Assembly: GCA_002104945.1 (NCBI GenBank)
Contig: MCFH01000002.1
Location: 992,001-1,056,000 of the forward strand
DNA from: Piromyces finnis finn
Lineage: Eukaryota; Fungi; Neocallimastigomycota
Direction: 5' to 3'
DNA: 64,000 bases
The position numbers and the translations under genes are program-made. Under the pieces are notes generated by a model. It was not told the origin of the DNA, did no database searches, and saw nothing but the letters and a program-made list of their open reading frames with translations. How positions within the stretch are numbered: the stretch's first letter is position 1; the number at the start of each line of letters is the position of its first letter. Shown one piece after another: positions 11,501-19,987 of the stretch.

Positions 11501-14500
11501 ATGAAAATTTTTGAGAAGAATATTCATAAAGAATTTATTAATTCAAATATCATAAGTATATTCCAGGAAATAAATATTGATGGTGATATAGATATTAACA
11601 AGCTAATTAAAATATTATTTAATGATTATATTGTAATATATTTATCAAAAGACAATACTAATAGAAATAATCTAGATTGTTTAACATTTAAAAGAGAAAT
11701 TATAAATTTATTTTATAAATTATTCAATTTATATATTTTTGACGATAATGATGATATTATAATGACCTTTGAAAATTTAGAAAGATATGTTTTATTTATT
11801 GAATCATATAAAGAATATATTATAATGTTAGCTCAATTTATTTGTACTATGGATTCATATGTTCAAGACTTTTTAAATAATTATATTTCCAAAATTTCAG
11901 AAAGAATGTTTAAAATAAAGAAAGGCAAAACATCAAATATTTATAAATTATTTTTCAATTTATATGAAACTATTGTATATTGCATTCTTAATACTTATAA
12001 TGATAAAAGTATGAATGATATGTCTAATGAAAATTTCGAAGAGCTCTTGAATGAAATTAAACTTTTTTCAGATAATTTAATAAAAATTAATATAAATTTG
12101 AATTTAAATTTAAAACAATACTTATATTTATTAGATTTTATAAATATTAAGGAAACCTTTAGTAAAAACGGAATTCCACTAAAGGAGAATCTAATAAAAA
12201 TATTAAAGCTCATATATGAAGAAAATTCAATATATTTTAATGATAATTTAAAAAGTGATAATTATACTATCGAGCCCATTTCAAAAGAATTTGAATTCAT
12301 TAAAAGAAAATTAAATAATGAGGAGTTCTCAATACTAGGAGGAAAATTATTGAATAATAAAATAAGGATGTCTATAAGCGATGAATATAGAGTAAAATTA
12401 TTAAAAATTCTTTGTTCAAACAATCAAATTATAAATAAAACCAAAATATTTTTTGAACTCATTTTTAAAAATTATTGTATATGTCCAATTAATTTAATAA
12501 ATGATGCACAAAATAATAATAGTAAAGCCCAAAAGCGTTATGAAAAATATAGTAAAGATGAAGATTTAACTGAAAATAATTATAGTGATTACGAAACTAA
12601 AGACGATGAAAGTGAAAATGAAGGAACTAGTGAAAGAAGCTTTAGTGATTATGAAGTTGAAGATGAGGATGAAAGTGAAAATGAAGGAACTAGTGAAAGA
12701 ACCTTTAGTGATTATGAAGTTGAAGATGAGGATGAAAGTGGAAATGAAGAAATAAGTGAAATAAGTCTTAGTGATTATGAAGACGATGTCTATAAATATA
12801 CTGAATATGAAAATAAAAATATTATTTACGATTATACTAGTATTAGATTTTTAAATCAATTAAAACATAATGAAAGTAATAAAGTTATAATATTCTTAAA
12901 TAAAACTGAAAATAAGCATTTAGACGAAGTTTTACTGTCCTTTTATGATGGAAAAATTTCAAAATATTTTGAGGATATGAACAATAATGTTAACAATATT
13001 TTATTTAATCAATCATTACAAATATTTAAAGATACTATTATTTATATTGAAAATGAATTAAGCAAAGGAACTAGAAAGAATAAACTAGGAATACTTTATT
13101 GTATATCCTACATAAAACTATATTGCTATTATTTATGTATACTCATAAAGGATAGAGAAGATATGAAAGATTTAATTAATGATAATATACTCAAGTTTTT
13201 AAATGATACAAATAAATTTAGAAAAGTTATTAAGATATACATTCTTAAAGTATTAAATAGAATTATCTTTGATAATTATGATAAATTAATAGAATTTATA
13301 AACAAATATGAGTTGTTTATTTATGATTTCGATTTTAGTGAGAATATTAAATATTCCTTAAATTATTTATTCCTTCAAAACAACACATTTGATATCTACA
13401 AAAATATGAGAAAAATATATATGTCAAATAAAATGATACATTTTAATACACATGATGATATGCTAAACGCTATTAAAAATAATAATATCCTAAATTTCTA
13501 TGACTTGATTATTAATGAGAAAATATCAAGTCTACCCAAAAATATTAATAATATCTATGCTAGTAATTACAAAGAATTATTTAGATATACTTCAAATATT
13601 ATAAATGAAATTAGTCTACCTGAAGTTACAAAAAATATTATTTCAGTTTACCTTGATATCCATTCAATTATAGAACAAAAAGAGTTTATTCAAACAATTT
13701 CACCTTTTGAATATGAAATTCTTTTATATGCCCATAAATTTTCTTTAATTTGTTCTCTTTCAAAACCAAATACAGTATATTACAATATTTTGTCGCCGAA
13801 TATAAAAAATACTATTCAAAATATATATATTCCAGGAGGAGAACCAAAGTATAATTTATTTATAGAATCTGTTGATGAAATAAATAAATATTTTAAAAAT
13901 GGAGGAAGTGAAGAGGTTTATATGTGTAGTTGTGGTTACTGGTATAATATTAAAGACTGTGGAAGACCATGGATAACACATAAATGCCCTGTTTGTATGG
14001 AATATATAGGAGGATCAAATCATGTTCTTTTTCAAAGATCTGGTCATGTTAGAATTTGTACTAATGAAATTCACCGTATGAAATTTAGTGAAAATATTCC
14101 ATATAAAATGTTAAGCAATATAATATATGAAGCTGAAGAGCAAAAAGCAATTCAAATTATTGGATTTAAAAAAGTATTAAAAAAATACTTTTTAAGTAAA
14201 GCCAAAAAAGTTAGAAATATGAATAATATAACCTACAGAATATTAAGTTTTATATTTTACTCATGTATTTTCTATAACGAAAAAATTAAAAATATTAATT
14301 TTAATTATTTAAGTAATTTCTATTATGAAGACTCGAAAGAAGATTGTTCTATATTAAAAATATTAATTGATTCATGGAATATTTTATCTGAAGAATTATT
14401 TAAAAGAGATATTGACAATATTCAAATATTCATAAATATGATTATCCCAGATATTAGTAAATTAATTATTGAAAATAGCAATGCTATGACTGAATCAGAA

Positions 14501-15184
14501 GTAAGAAATAATTTTGAAGAATTATGTAATCAAATAATTGAAAGGGCAATTAATAATTATACTAATTATTATCCTGTCTATATTAATAATAACAAAGAAA
14601 TATTACAAATAAATGATGATACAATTAAATCTATTCTACAAGAAACCACTAACTTTAATAATTTATCAAAAGATGACTACCCATTAATTCAATATTTCTA
14701 TGCAGCCAGTTATCCATCCTATGAAGGCTTCTATAAAGAATTTTATTCATTACAAGATAATTTAAAGTATCCAGTCTTAGCAAATTATCTTAAATCCACA
14801 CAAGAAAATAGTGAAAAAATTAAATTGTTACAAAATTTCCATTTAATAAATCCTCTTATTACCTATTCATTAGAAAAGTATTCAAATAAGATTTCAAGAA
14901 AAGAAGCTAAAGAAATAATAATTAAAAATGAATTAGAAAATGATAAATATATGAAAAAATTATTTATAAACTTTAAAAAAGGATGGAAAAATATATATCA
15001 AAAACTGTCTAACTATGACTGTAGTGGAAAATTACCTGAAATGTTTATTGAAGAAAATAAATGTTTATCCTATATCTTAAATGATTATCATGAAAATAAT
15101 TATGGAAAGTACATTTCTACCGTCTATAAAGATTTTATTACATATCAAAATGAAATATACTATTTCAAGATATCTCGTAAATAG
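2573..15184 (+). CDS. RNF213 (mysterin)-like giant AAA+ ATPase / RZ-finger E3 ubiquitin ligase, main ORF (4203 aa)
   Basis: Collinear RNF213-type motifs: degenerate Walker A STGLGKS (~6464), GETGCGKT (7658-7681), WVFLDEINT, FIAACNPYR, RQLVYNVNPLPPSL, SVSLREIRR, AKNKALLENLF, PLFIIGKPGCSKS (8627-8650), YQGSPTST, YFDEMGLAENSENNPLKVLH, FIGISNWPFDASKMNRG, GTRDFYHLIK, LYDLFNQ, PPFINRFEKH. RZ finger YMCSCGYWYNIKDCGRPWITHKCPVCMEYIGGSNH at ~13918-14023. Confidence 0.92.
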   Translation: MKKKDIFNYLKSDNLQLIFERTDRTKISFNNILNLVSDYNEYLKLFINNEEYIMKQTPTINYKYIPSPDSFIDIELFIRYFKIIVKLEINEVDFNFIKEKINIIIDILKNKDYEKLIILKKLFNNCENIPNKVRKSLIDKINYSIHITGKEFILENKLNNNDIINFIIMDAPIYSKDYKNNKVYASLIKFVDINNIDEEFCKKFNDNSKISSYEKIFGKENYNIFLDSLINNVKSFRHINILFGLFNMKDEQNSNKVDIDIIKKIINLISKKDLEKDEISLSELKSTIFLLYKLTSKCNDNNLINQLIRGTKNTFNNKNEINDIFIFILNKYEILNRQLVGKLIENITDFSNIDKIFDIIDYLDNKEIKLKFIETLRHSIVNENDFFGLHFSNNLNILNHLIKRNYFKYNDRKFKKLYYVKRTYEIVNNTIKKLNDHQYKMDQVKIMKQLYQTKVENEHGNSLKERFSILSLGNIDINKTYQSTIEKINSCLEILNKIEKIISVFRNYYPNDRGKIIVTYEGIREEVIKNPIHNFPTLGKLLNFEIFYTEALEISKLMESKFFIGIYQYEKDSNYEILCNNKEKDKILLDLSKNRFNMLKNMFVGKEDEINLSFLKEIISPIAHNEMKKEFNYLKKIFNIDNNKNSKIIYNKIMLLKNREKNIKTINNLIALLNLFQLNSNIIINKLNDYNKNIMNSKTLNDLFIFDEKIKNLKLEVLNMKYTKVINNMFEKPELINFINKNSTSDIQMMGEFIDETEHIFITQSDIDILEACKAFIDELRNKSLNLNENEFFIVFMNHINNNENYSNIHEKFRNSYEKLNHFYELNNIYLNPNELNKMHIKNIYKKSKFYIIYDDKDAEYKCTVSYLNNNDKEIEKNFDEIMELRVVALLRKKDQKDNEYFKICYNFANIINNIKDILGLLNIISIKGYYESIKYEINLENGNVIGYKIRSNSIHNNYEDQGKDLEGVLKELHYISDCQNKEYMSIYSDKPFIRMIHGRLFSKIYNLMYTLNKNSENDLNPNLIISNELYNIIKYIIFNILDKNENMNIDKLKLLKILMDARIDVEFNAENQLKQMLLDINHYIYKIHKNYNIGIDNIYQKSKILNNKNKKGIYCLFCELENIEKNIIYYSIDLTNKLPLAQCVLYCNNETSEGEITSFIYNSVKCNQNALFILIKPEYLNINQKNVLIELLKDLYASSPQNMESVLLIIYSDQGKTKEIIIEIEKLPYIQHLVNDNENEKEDEIKNKSNNSNNGNNIMNGIKNKYTNDSDNIQDKMNDIIKEVENHLDIEVYCSESTGLGKSSLIKSLFEKEYPDYIYIYFRIGDDFDKQKIIKRLLEFTGKKIALHLDIYPSNHIDQMNEFLFSFLILRFYNQNDNIFYYGDEMKIKIEIQNHFIDLKIVFPILTVFKNVHLDHNNKPLLNISKNINSDIQIVCNFLKNIKEISQKNIYEIIQPLDDRTCRDLIREYLEVPNPNFYQIESYIKIIAEQLKLFSNSVYLSIELLREYDMLYLRSFFVNALATATKYFITSSYEHIYKGQNITYNQQKEKVDLEKANKEAINALSKVKPFSFKKIKPSLILINEDEQSLSMIMTCKKNTNEYKSINNFVKLGSYSEVLNYNKLTTKDFLIEIKKVFNLYNYIEENDGTGSMEKDGKKLEPLCNIVKSYVFTADNFTKLIFISQKLRNNIPVILMGETGCGKTSLIRIIAKLKGITMYILNIHAGTEENDIIEFINDKDLLIDLNNENSINEPIWVFLDEINTCNLLGLISELILKHSCNGKKIKKEVVFIAACNPYRLNSSKREIVGLYDENKNVVRQLVYNVNPLPPSLLHYVIDFSTPSKDDIRKYISTMINEILQKLNLKNYIYEKIKVIAEAAIYNANEFIKNNYDISSVSLREIRRWGILFKWFSNILLENSYLKSKIKFNEEQKYLYSLNLSIYFSYYARIFNKEKRKLFHDEMKKSFEENFDFDEFPKRIQLLIANAVDLEKGIAKNKALLENLFAIFVCLNTKIPLFIIGKPGCSKSLSTQLIFNSMRGQESSHEFFKGFPKVYTKSYQGSPTSTSKGILNIFKKARDSLKNKSKDIISAIYFDEMGLAENSENNPLKVLHSQLEYDDNEKKVAFIGISNWPFDASKMNRGIHLSIPEPDNEDLTETALSIAESYDPKLILDYSEYFKYLSYTYYNYKNLLKEDPSKFENTNPADQKIESSKNNIKEFHGTRDFYHLIKIASRLLIESDFTKDTQEIESILNESIERNFGGLDNSVKIFKTLLKDYYSSIQEPKEYNVMKCIINNIQDNNSRYLLIETKNSINQLLITLFLNKLGKNYEFYYGSKFEEDVTQGYYSAKVLHKVQVTMEQDCAMILMYLTSMYPSLYDLFNQNFRKEGDRYARIALGNANSQNYKVHNNFRCIVLLNRDEINEQDPPFINRFEKHIIITEDLLNEKQIDFSKQIYSIFSELIEENNESGYHIQINFDLEEIQAIVFQILINNSKPIIKRENQLNIELNNEDTNVDDDIFEKSSNNNKVILKLEDLNNYDILKKKVYNKIVPTLSQDVLFYFKNSNSGRLNRSEFQTILNIYSSEESQHQNIKNYLKNMTSNRHIILTYSNILVPIFENDNDNGGITNKKYGIFNKSSTLNEFISRYNSERDIEDIITNYFTNDNYNLCIYHFNQEDCIHLNHVKYLIENYGNSMDNLNENKNIKKSIIFIIHLKRVIDNEENKINGDNSNLISKEHFISRLSEWKQFFIDNLNGKEIDTRKVLNSTNFELFQNEELFNIDNELANSLYNSFSYIKYNYQINLSKIEINNHISELCKYILNNNNLKEKIINSIYKKIKSYKENIIISIFEKYNFEETDIDFISIIIKYMKSIFKDSLISTLIQFEQNHIISSKASNLYENEIEYFETIYDKKINSFDSTLQKYSGFSRQQINIYLGISFPFIIPKLKNIQKYIKNNIIKDYIKNEIDYDPINIEKYKNKMKIFEKNIHKEFINSNIISIFQEINIDGDIDINKLIKILFNDYIVIYLSKDNTNRNNLDCLTFKREIINLFYKLFNLYIFDDNDDIIMTFENLERYVLFIESYKEYIIMLAQFICTMDSYVQDFLNNYISKISERMFKIKKGKTSNIYKLFFNLYETIVYCILNTYNDKSMNDMSNENFEELLNEIKLFSDNLIKININLNLNLKQYLYLLDFINIKETFSKNGIPLKENLIKILKLIYEENSIYFNDNLKSDNYTIEPISKEFEFIKRKLNNEEFSILGGKLLNNKIRMSISDEYRVKLLKILCSNNQIINKTKIFFELIFKNYCICPINLINDAQNNNSKAQKRYEKYSKDEDLTENNYSDYETKDDESENEGTSERSFSDYEVEDEDESENEGTSERTFSDYEVEDEDESGNEEISEISLSDYEDDVYKYTEYENKNIIYDYTSIRFLNQLKHNESNKVIIFLNKTENKHLDEVLLSFYDGKISKYFEDMNNNVNNILFNQSLQIFKDTIIYIENELSKGTRKNKLGILYCISYIKLYCYYLCILIKDREDMKDLINDNILKFLNDTNKFRKVIKIYILKVLNRIIFDNYDKLIEFINKYELFIYDFDFSENIKYSLNYLFLQNNTFDIYKNMRKIYMSNKMIHFNTHDDMLNAIKNNNILNFYDLIINEKISSLPKNINNIYASNYKELFRYTSNIINEISLPEVTKNIISVYLDIHSIIEQKEFIQTISPFEYEILLYAHKFSLICSLSKPNTVYYNILSPNIKNTIQNIYIPGGEPKYNLFIESVDEINKYFKNGGSEEVYMCSCGYWYNIKDCGRPWITHKCPVCMEYIGGSNHVLFQRSGHVRICTNEIHRMKFSENIPYKMLSNIIYEAEEQKAIQIIGFKKVLKKYFLSKAKKVRNMNNITYRILSFIFYSCIFYNEKIKNINFNYLSNFYYEDSKEDCSILKILIDSWNILSEELFKRDIDNIQIFINMIIPDISKLIIENSNAMTESEVRNNFEELCNQIIERAINNYTNYYPVYINNNKEILQINDDTIKSILQETTNFNNLSKDDYPLIQYFYAASYPSYEGFYKEFYSLQDNLKYPVLANYLKSTQENSEKIKLLQNFHLINPLITYSLEKYSNKISRKEAKEIIIKNELENDKYMKKLFINFKKGWKNIYQKLSNYDCSGKLPEMFIEENKCLSYILNDYHENNYGKYISTVYKDFITYQNEIYYFKISRK
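12584..12784 (+). repeat. Acidic in-frame tandem repeat (SDYE...E-rich; units of 60, 63, 63 bp)
   Basis: AGTGATTA(C/T)GAA starts at 12584, 12644, 12707 and 12770. Translated unit is roughly SDYEVEDEDESENEGTSERSF. Confidence 0.9.
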
Positions 15185-15467
15185 TATATTTAATCATTAT
15201 GACTGGAATATATTTGATTTTTTGGATAAAGACTACAGACCAGAATTATGGAACAAAAGTATAATTTCAGAAGACTATGAAACTTTATTTAATGAAGAAT
15301 TCAATGAATTAAAAAATATAAATATAAAAATTGGGCAATCCCTTCAATTTTATAAAAATTTAAGTGTGGAGAAAAAAACAAAAGATAAACAATCTTCTAA
15401 ATCAAATAATAACAAAATAAAGAATTCAACAAAGGTAAAGAAACCCAAAAGGTTTTTGGATTATTAA
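15157..15467 (+). CDS. Frame-shifted C-terminal segment of the RNF213-like gene
   Basis: A different frame overlapping the end of the main ORF reads TISRYLVNS...ELWNKSII...FNEEFNELKNINIKIGQSLQFYKNL. This resembles the extreme C-terminal helical segment of RNF213-like proteins (recalled, not aligned). Confidence 0.6.
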
Positions 15468-16525
15468 CTTTTTATTTTATGAAAAAAATACATTAGAAAC
15501 GAAATTATAAAATGTAGTTATAAAATAATTTTTCATATTTTTATTATAGTTTAATTAAACAAACTTATTTCTAATAAAAAAATAAAAATATATAGAAATT
15601 ACTATATAATCCTATAAAATATATAAAAAATAAATATATAAAATATTATAAATTATTATCAATTTTCATATTTTTTAAAGGATAATCCTTAATGATTTTA
15701 AATGTAGTATTAACAAAAAAATTAATATTAAATAAAAAATATATATAATAAATTTAATATTAGTTACACAAAGAAATATTTTATTTTACTATAATACAAC
15801 TATTTTATTTTATTTTATTTAATATTATTAAAAAATAATTATATTTATACTTGAATTTTTTTAAAAAAAAAAATTAATAACAATTATGGTTGATATCAAA
15901 AATAAAAATAAAAAAAAAAAAAAGCACTTTATTAATCAAGTTAGAAATAAATCAAATATTTGGTATGATGTTAAAAAATAATTGTATATTGCATAATTGT
16001 TGTATCTTCAATTTCAATTTCATCCATGTATTTTATTTTCTTTTACAATAATTAAAATGATATGAATATATTACATGATATAAATATTTTCCTTTTTTCA
16101 ATTATTAAATTAAAATTAATGAAAAAACGTGCATTAAAAAGTTTTAATATAACTATATCAAATTTAATTTTTTTTTTTTTTTTTTTTTTTTTTTGAAATT
16201 CCAAAAATAAAATAAAGTAGAATTTGTAATAAATTAAAAAAGGAAAGATATATAATTAAAAAAAGAAAGAAGAAATTATTAAAAAAAATAAGAAGAAATA
16301 AATAAATATTAATAAAACTAAAAAAATAATAATCCAAGTGTTTTAAAATTTAATTTATTAAATAAGAAAAAATATAAATATACAAATATACAAATAAACT
16401 AAAGATATAAAATAAAAATAAAATAAAAAGCAAAAAAAAAAAAAACAACTATAATAATTAATGATAATTAATAAATGAAAGAAAAGAAATACAAAAATTA
16501 AAATAAAGAAGAAAGTAATAATAAA

Positions 16526-19352
16526 ATGAGTGAAGTTTATAGATTCAATAAACATGAAAATAATGAAAAAAATCGAAAAAATGCAGCATTTAGTTTTTTA
16601 AAAAATATTAAACTAGGGAATGAACCATTAATAAATAAAGAAAAAAAATCTTTAATTAATGAAAAAAGGGGGTTTTCAAGAGAAAATAGTTTTAATAATT
16701 CAAGAGATAATGAATATGAGAAAGATGAAACAAAAAGTACTAATTCTAAACCTAAATTTTTCATTGATGATGGTAGTGATAATGAATCAAATTCTTCAAA
16801 TTCCAAAGAACATGTGTCTTTTTCTTTGAGTTCCATCACAGAAAATCAATCACAATCAGAATTTAATAAAGAAGCATGTTTTATTAATCATTCCAATTAT
16901 ACTGAAATTAATAGAATGGCAGATAAACCAAGAAGAAATATGTCAAGTATTATCAATAGACCAAAAATTAATGATATTAGTGCAGGACATAATTTTAAGA
17001 CTTTATGGTCTAATCGTAGAAATACATATGATTCCCAAGTTTTTGGAAGAATTCATTCACTTTCCGATTTAACAGAACTTTCAAAACAAGATAAATCTAA
17101 TACATTGTCAATGTGTGGTAAATCAAATTCAGGTGATAATATGATAAGAAAGAGACAATCTTCAATAAATATTCATCCAGCACCTGTTACAAAAGATAAA
17201 CGTCAAAGAGCAGCAAAAAAATTCTTATCAAATATACAATTAGTTCCTCCACAAACAAATAAAATTGCCTTTAAAGAAAAAGAAATAAGAAAATTAAATT
17301 TCAACGGATATAACAGAGAAAGTAAGATGAAATTTCATATATTGTTTAGATTATTTTAGTAATGAAATTTTAAAAAAAAAAAAAAAAGTTTAAATTTATA
17401 AATAATCTTATAACTTTTATTATCAAATAGTTTTTTATTAACTTATTTATTCTAATCTAAAACTTTTAATTAATTATTATATTTAAACATCAAACATTAT
17501 TATTAATATAATATATTTTTTTTATTAATATTATAATGTTTTAATAATGAAAAACAAATTTTAAAATTACAATTATTTTACGAATGAATCTTTAAATGTA
17601 TTTTCAAATTAAATAACATTTAGCATCATTGACATCAAATTATCTATCGATTAAAGGTTCACAATTAAAAAATTATGAAAATGAAAATAAAGATGATCAC
17701 GAAAAAGAATTATTCAACACAGTTTTAAATAATATTCAAGTTTACACATCGCCAAATGTAATATACTATAACTATTATTGAAAAACAATTATATATACAT
17801 ATATATAATAATAATAATTTTGTTTATCATATTATTACATTATTATTATATTAATAAAGGGTAATATCATAGGGACTTTTTCAGTACTTAATCCTAGAAA
17901 TTTTAGAGAAAATAGAACAAAAATTATGAGTATGAATAGAAATAGGAATTATAGTATTAGGTAAAAATTTAAAAGAATTAATTCAAAAATTAATATAAAA
18001 AATAATCCATTTTAAAATCTGTTATTAATCACACATAAAATATATAAATAGAAATAACAAAAAAGATATATCATTTAAGTTACCAAATATTCAAATAAGA
18101 AAAAGGGTAAAGATATAATATATATATATATATACTTCTTAATAATTAATTAATTGTTATTGATATATCATCTATACTCAATATTTCCTTTTTTTTTTAA
18201 ATATATATATGTTATAATTCACCACCATATTATATCATCATGTATAGACTGCAGAATCATATGCTAAATTATTAATGCCTTCACATTCACTAGAGAAAAA
18301 ACCGCCAGATAATTATCACATTACTGTATTAGATGATCCAACTTTAATTACAGGAAAACATAAAACTATTATTGCTCTTCCATATTTTATGGTAATTTTA
18401 ACTATTACTGCATTTATTTAACATATATATATAAATATTAATATGATATTAAATTATAATATCACAGAGTTCAATTATTCAATATTCAAGGCCATCAGAT
18501 CTTAAAAAAGAGTTAAATGAACAATTCCGACAACTTCATCCAGACTTAGATCCATCTTTAACTCTTACCCAAATTAGAAAAGTAAAAAAGAATATATATA
18601 TTGCTGCACAAGAAATGGTATTTATTTATTTCTGTTTTTTTTTTTTATCTTTTAATAAATTATCAATAAACTAAAAAAAAAAAAAAATATCTATAATATA
18701 AAATTTAATATATAAAAATATATGATAAATAGAATCTTGAATTGTCAAGTGTTGCAAAAGCTTATGTTTATTTTGAAAGATTAATATTAAAGGTTAGTAA
18801 TAATATTAATATTTAATAACATAAAAATGTAATATATATCATTAATTATATATATCACAAATAAACAGAAAGAAGTAAATAAAAATAATAGAAAATTAAT
18901 TGGAGGTATGTGTTTAAAAATAATAATATAGTTTTTATATATATATCTATTAAAAAAATTTAAATAAATATTGATTTAACTAAATATTATTTTTCTTTTC
19001 AGCAACATGCTTATTTTTAGCAACAAAAGTTAATGATCCAAAAGAAGTTTCATATTCAGATCTTCTAAGAGTAATATATGTTTTATTTTTAAAAAAAAAA
19101 AAAAATCTAATATATTATAATATTTACATATTTTTTATTTTTACTTTATATTAGGTTTTAAGTAAAATTATGGAAGTATCACCTAAAGAAATTAGAGAAA
19201 ATGAATTCAATGTTTTTGTAGCATTAGAATTTGTTCTTTATGTACCACTTTGGGATATAAGGCCTCATTTTGAAAGACTTATAACCTCTTCAGAATTCCC
19301 AAAAGTAGATATGAGCGAATACATTGGAGATAAAATGTTTTATTATAATTAA
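16526..19352 (+). CDS. CABLES: CABLES-like (CDK5 and ABL1 enzyme substrate) cyclin-fold protein, ~10 exons
   Basis: N-terminal RKNAAFSFLKNIKL resembles the CABLES RRxAALSFLTNISL motif. The spliced C-terminus LDDPTLITGKHKTII...SRPSDLKKELNEQFR...LTLTQIRKVK...VAKAYVYFERLILK...NKNNRKLIG.TCLFLATKVND...EFNVFVALEFVLYVP...PHFERL matches the CABLES cyclin box. Exons approx. 16526-17331, 17621-17755, 17860-17960, 18051-18113, 18249-18390, 18469-18616, 18733-18791, 18869-18905, 19002-19070, 19156-19352. Confidence 0.85.
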
Positions 19353-19987
19353 ATAACAATTTTCGGAATTATTATATCTGTATATATCTATCATTTATAT
19401 ATTATTTCATTATTCTTTATTTCTATATTGTTTTTTATTTCGATAAAACATAATATAGTATAATAAATAGAATTTTAAATGTTTTAACATACTTAATATA
19501 CCATATTCTTATAAAAGCTAAACAATTTAATTAAATAATAATAATAATAATAATAATAAAATTAAATAAGAAATTAACAATAAATTAATAAAACATAATA
19601 TCTCTTTATCTATTATAACATATTTATATACCAAAATTTATATGAATATATATATTTATAAATAAAGAATTCTAATATTTTTTATTATATTTTTTTATTA
19701 ATAGGATAAAAAAAAAAAAATAATTATTTGTTAAATGATAGATCGTTTTAAAAAGCCTTTATATATTATATAAAGTATAAAGAAATAAAAAAAAAAAAAA
19801 CTTATTACTATTTATCATTATAATAATTATGCTATATTATACTATATTATTTTTATGTCTTGATAATAATATTATTATCATTATTAGTTGTTTTTTTTTT
19901 TTTTATTATTTATTTTTTTGTATATTTTGTTTAATTTTAATACTATTAAGTTCAATAGATTTATGAATAAATAGTTAAATATTTATT

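Noticed and set aside
1252-12213. Short minus-strand ORFs (1252, 1567, 3235, 5509, 7495, 11995)
   Set aside because: They are antisense shadows of the AT-rich plus-strand coding frame, with F/S/I/L-biased translations and no motifs.
12584-12784. CRISPR-like array
   Set aside because: The units are whole-length similar, in frame inside a protein, with no unique spacers and no cas genes; the context is eukaryotic.
16358-16839. Minus-strand ORFs 16358-16555 and 16537-16839
   Set aside because: One is low-complexity 5' flank and the other is antisense to CABLES exon 1.
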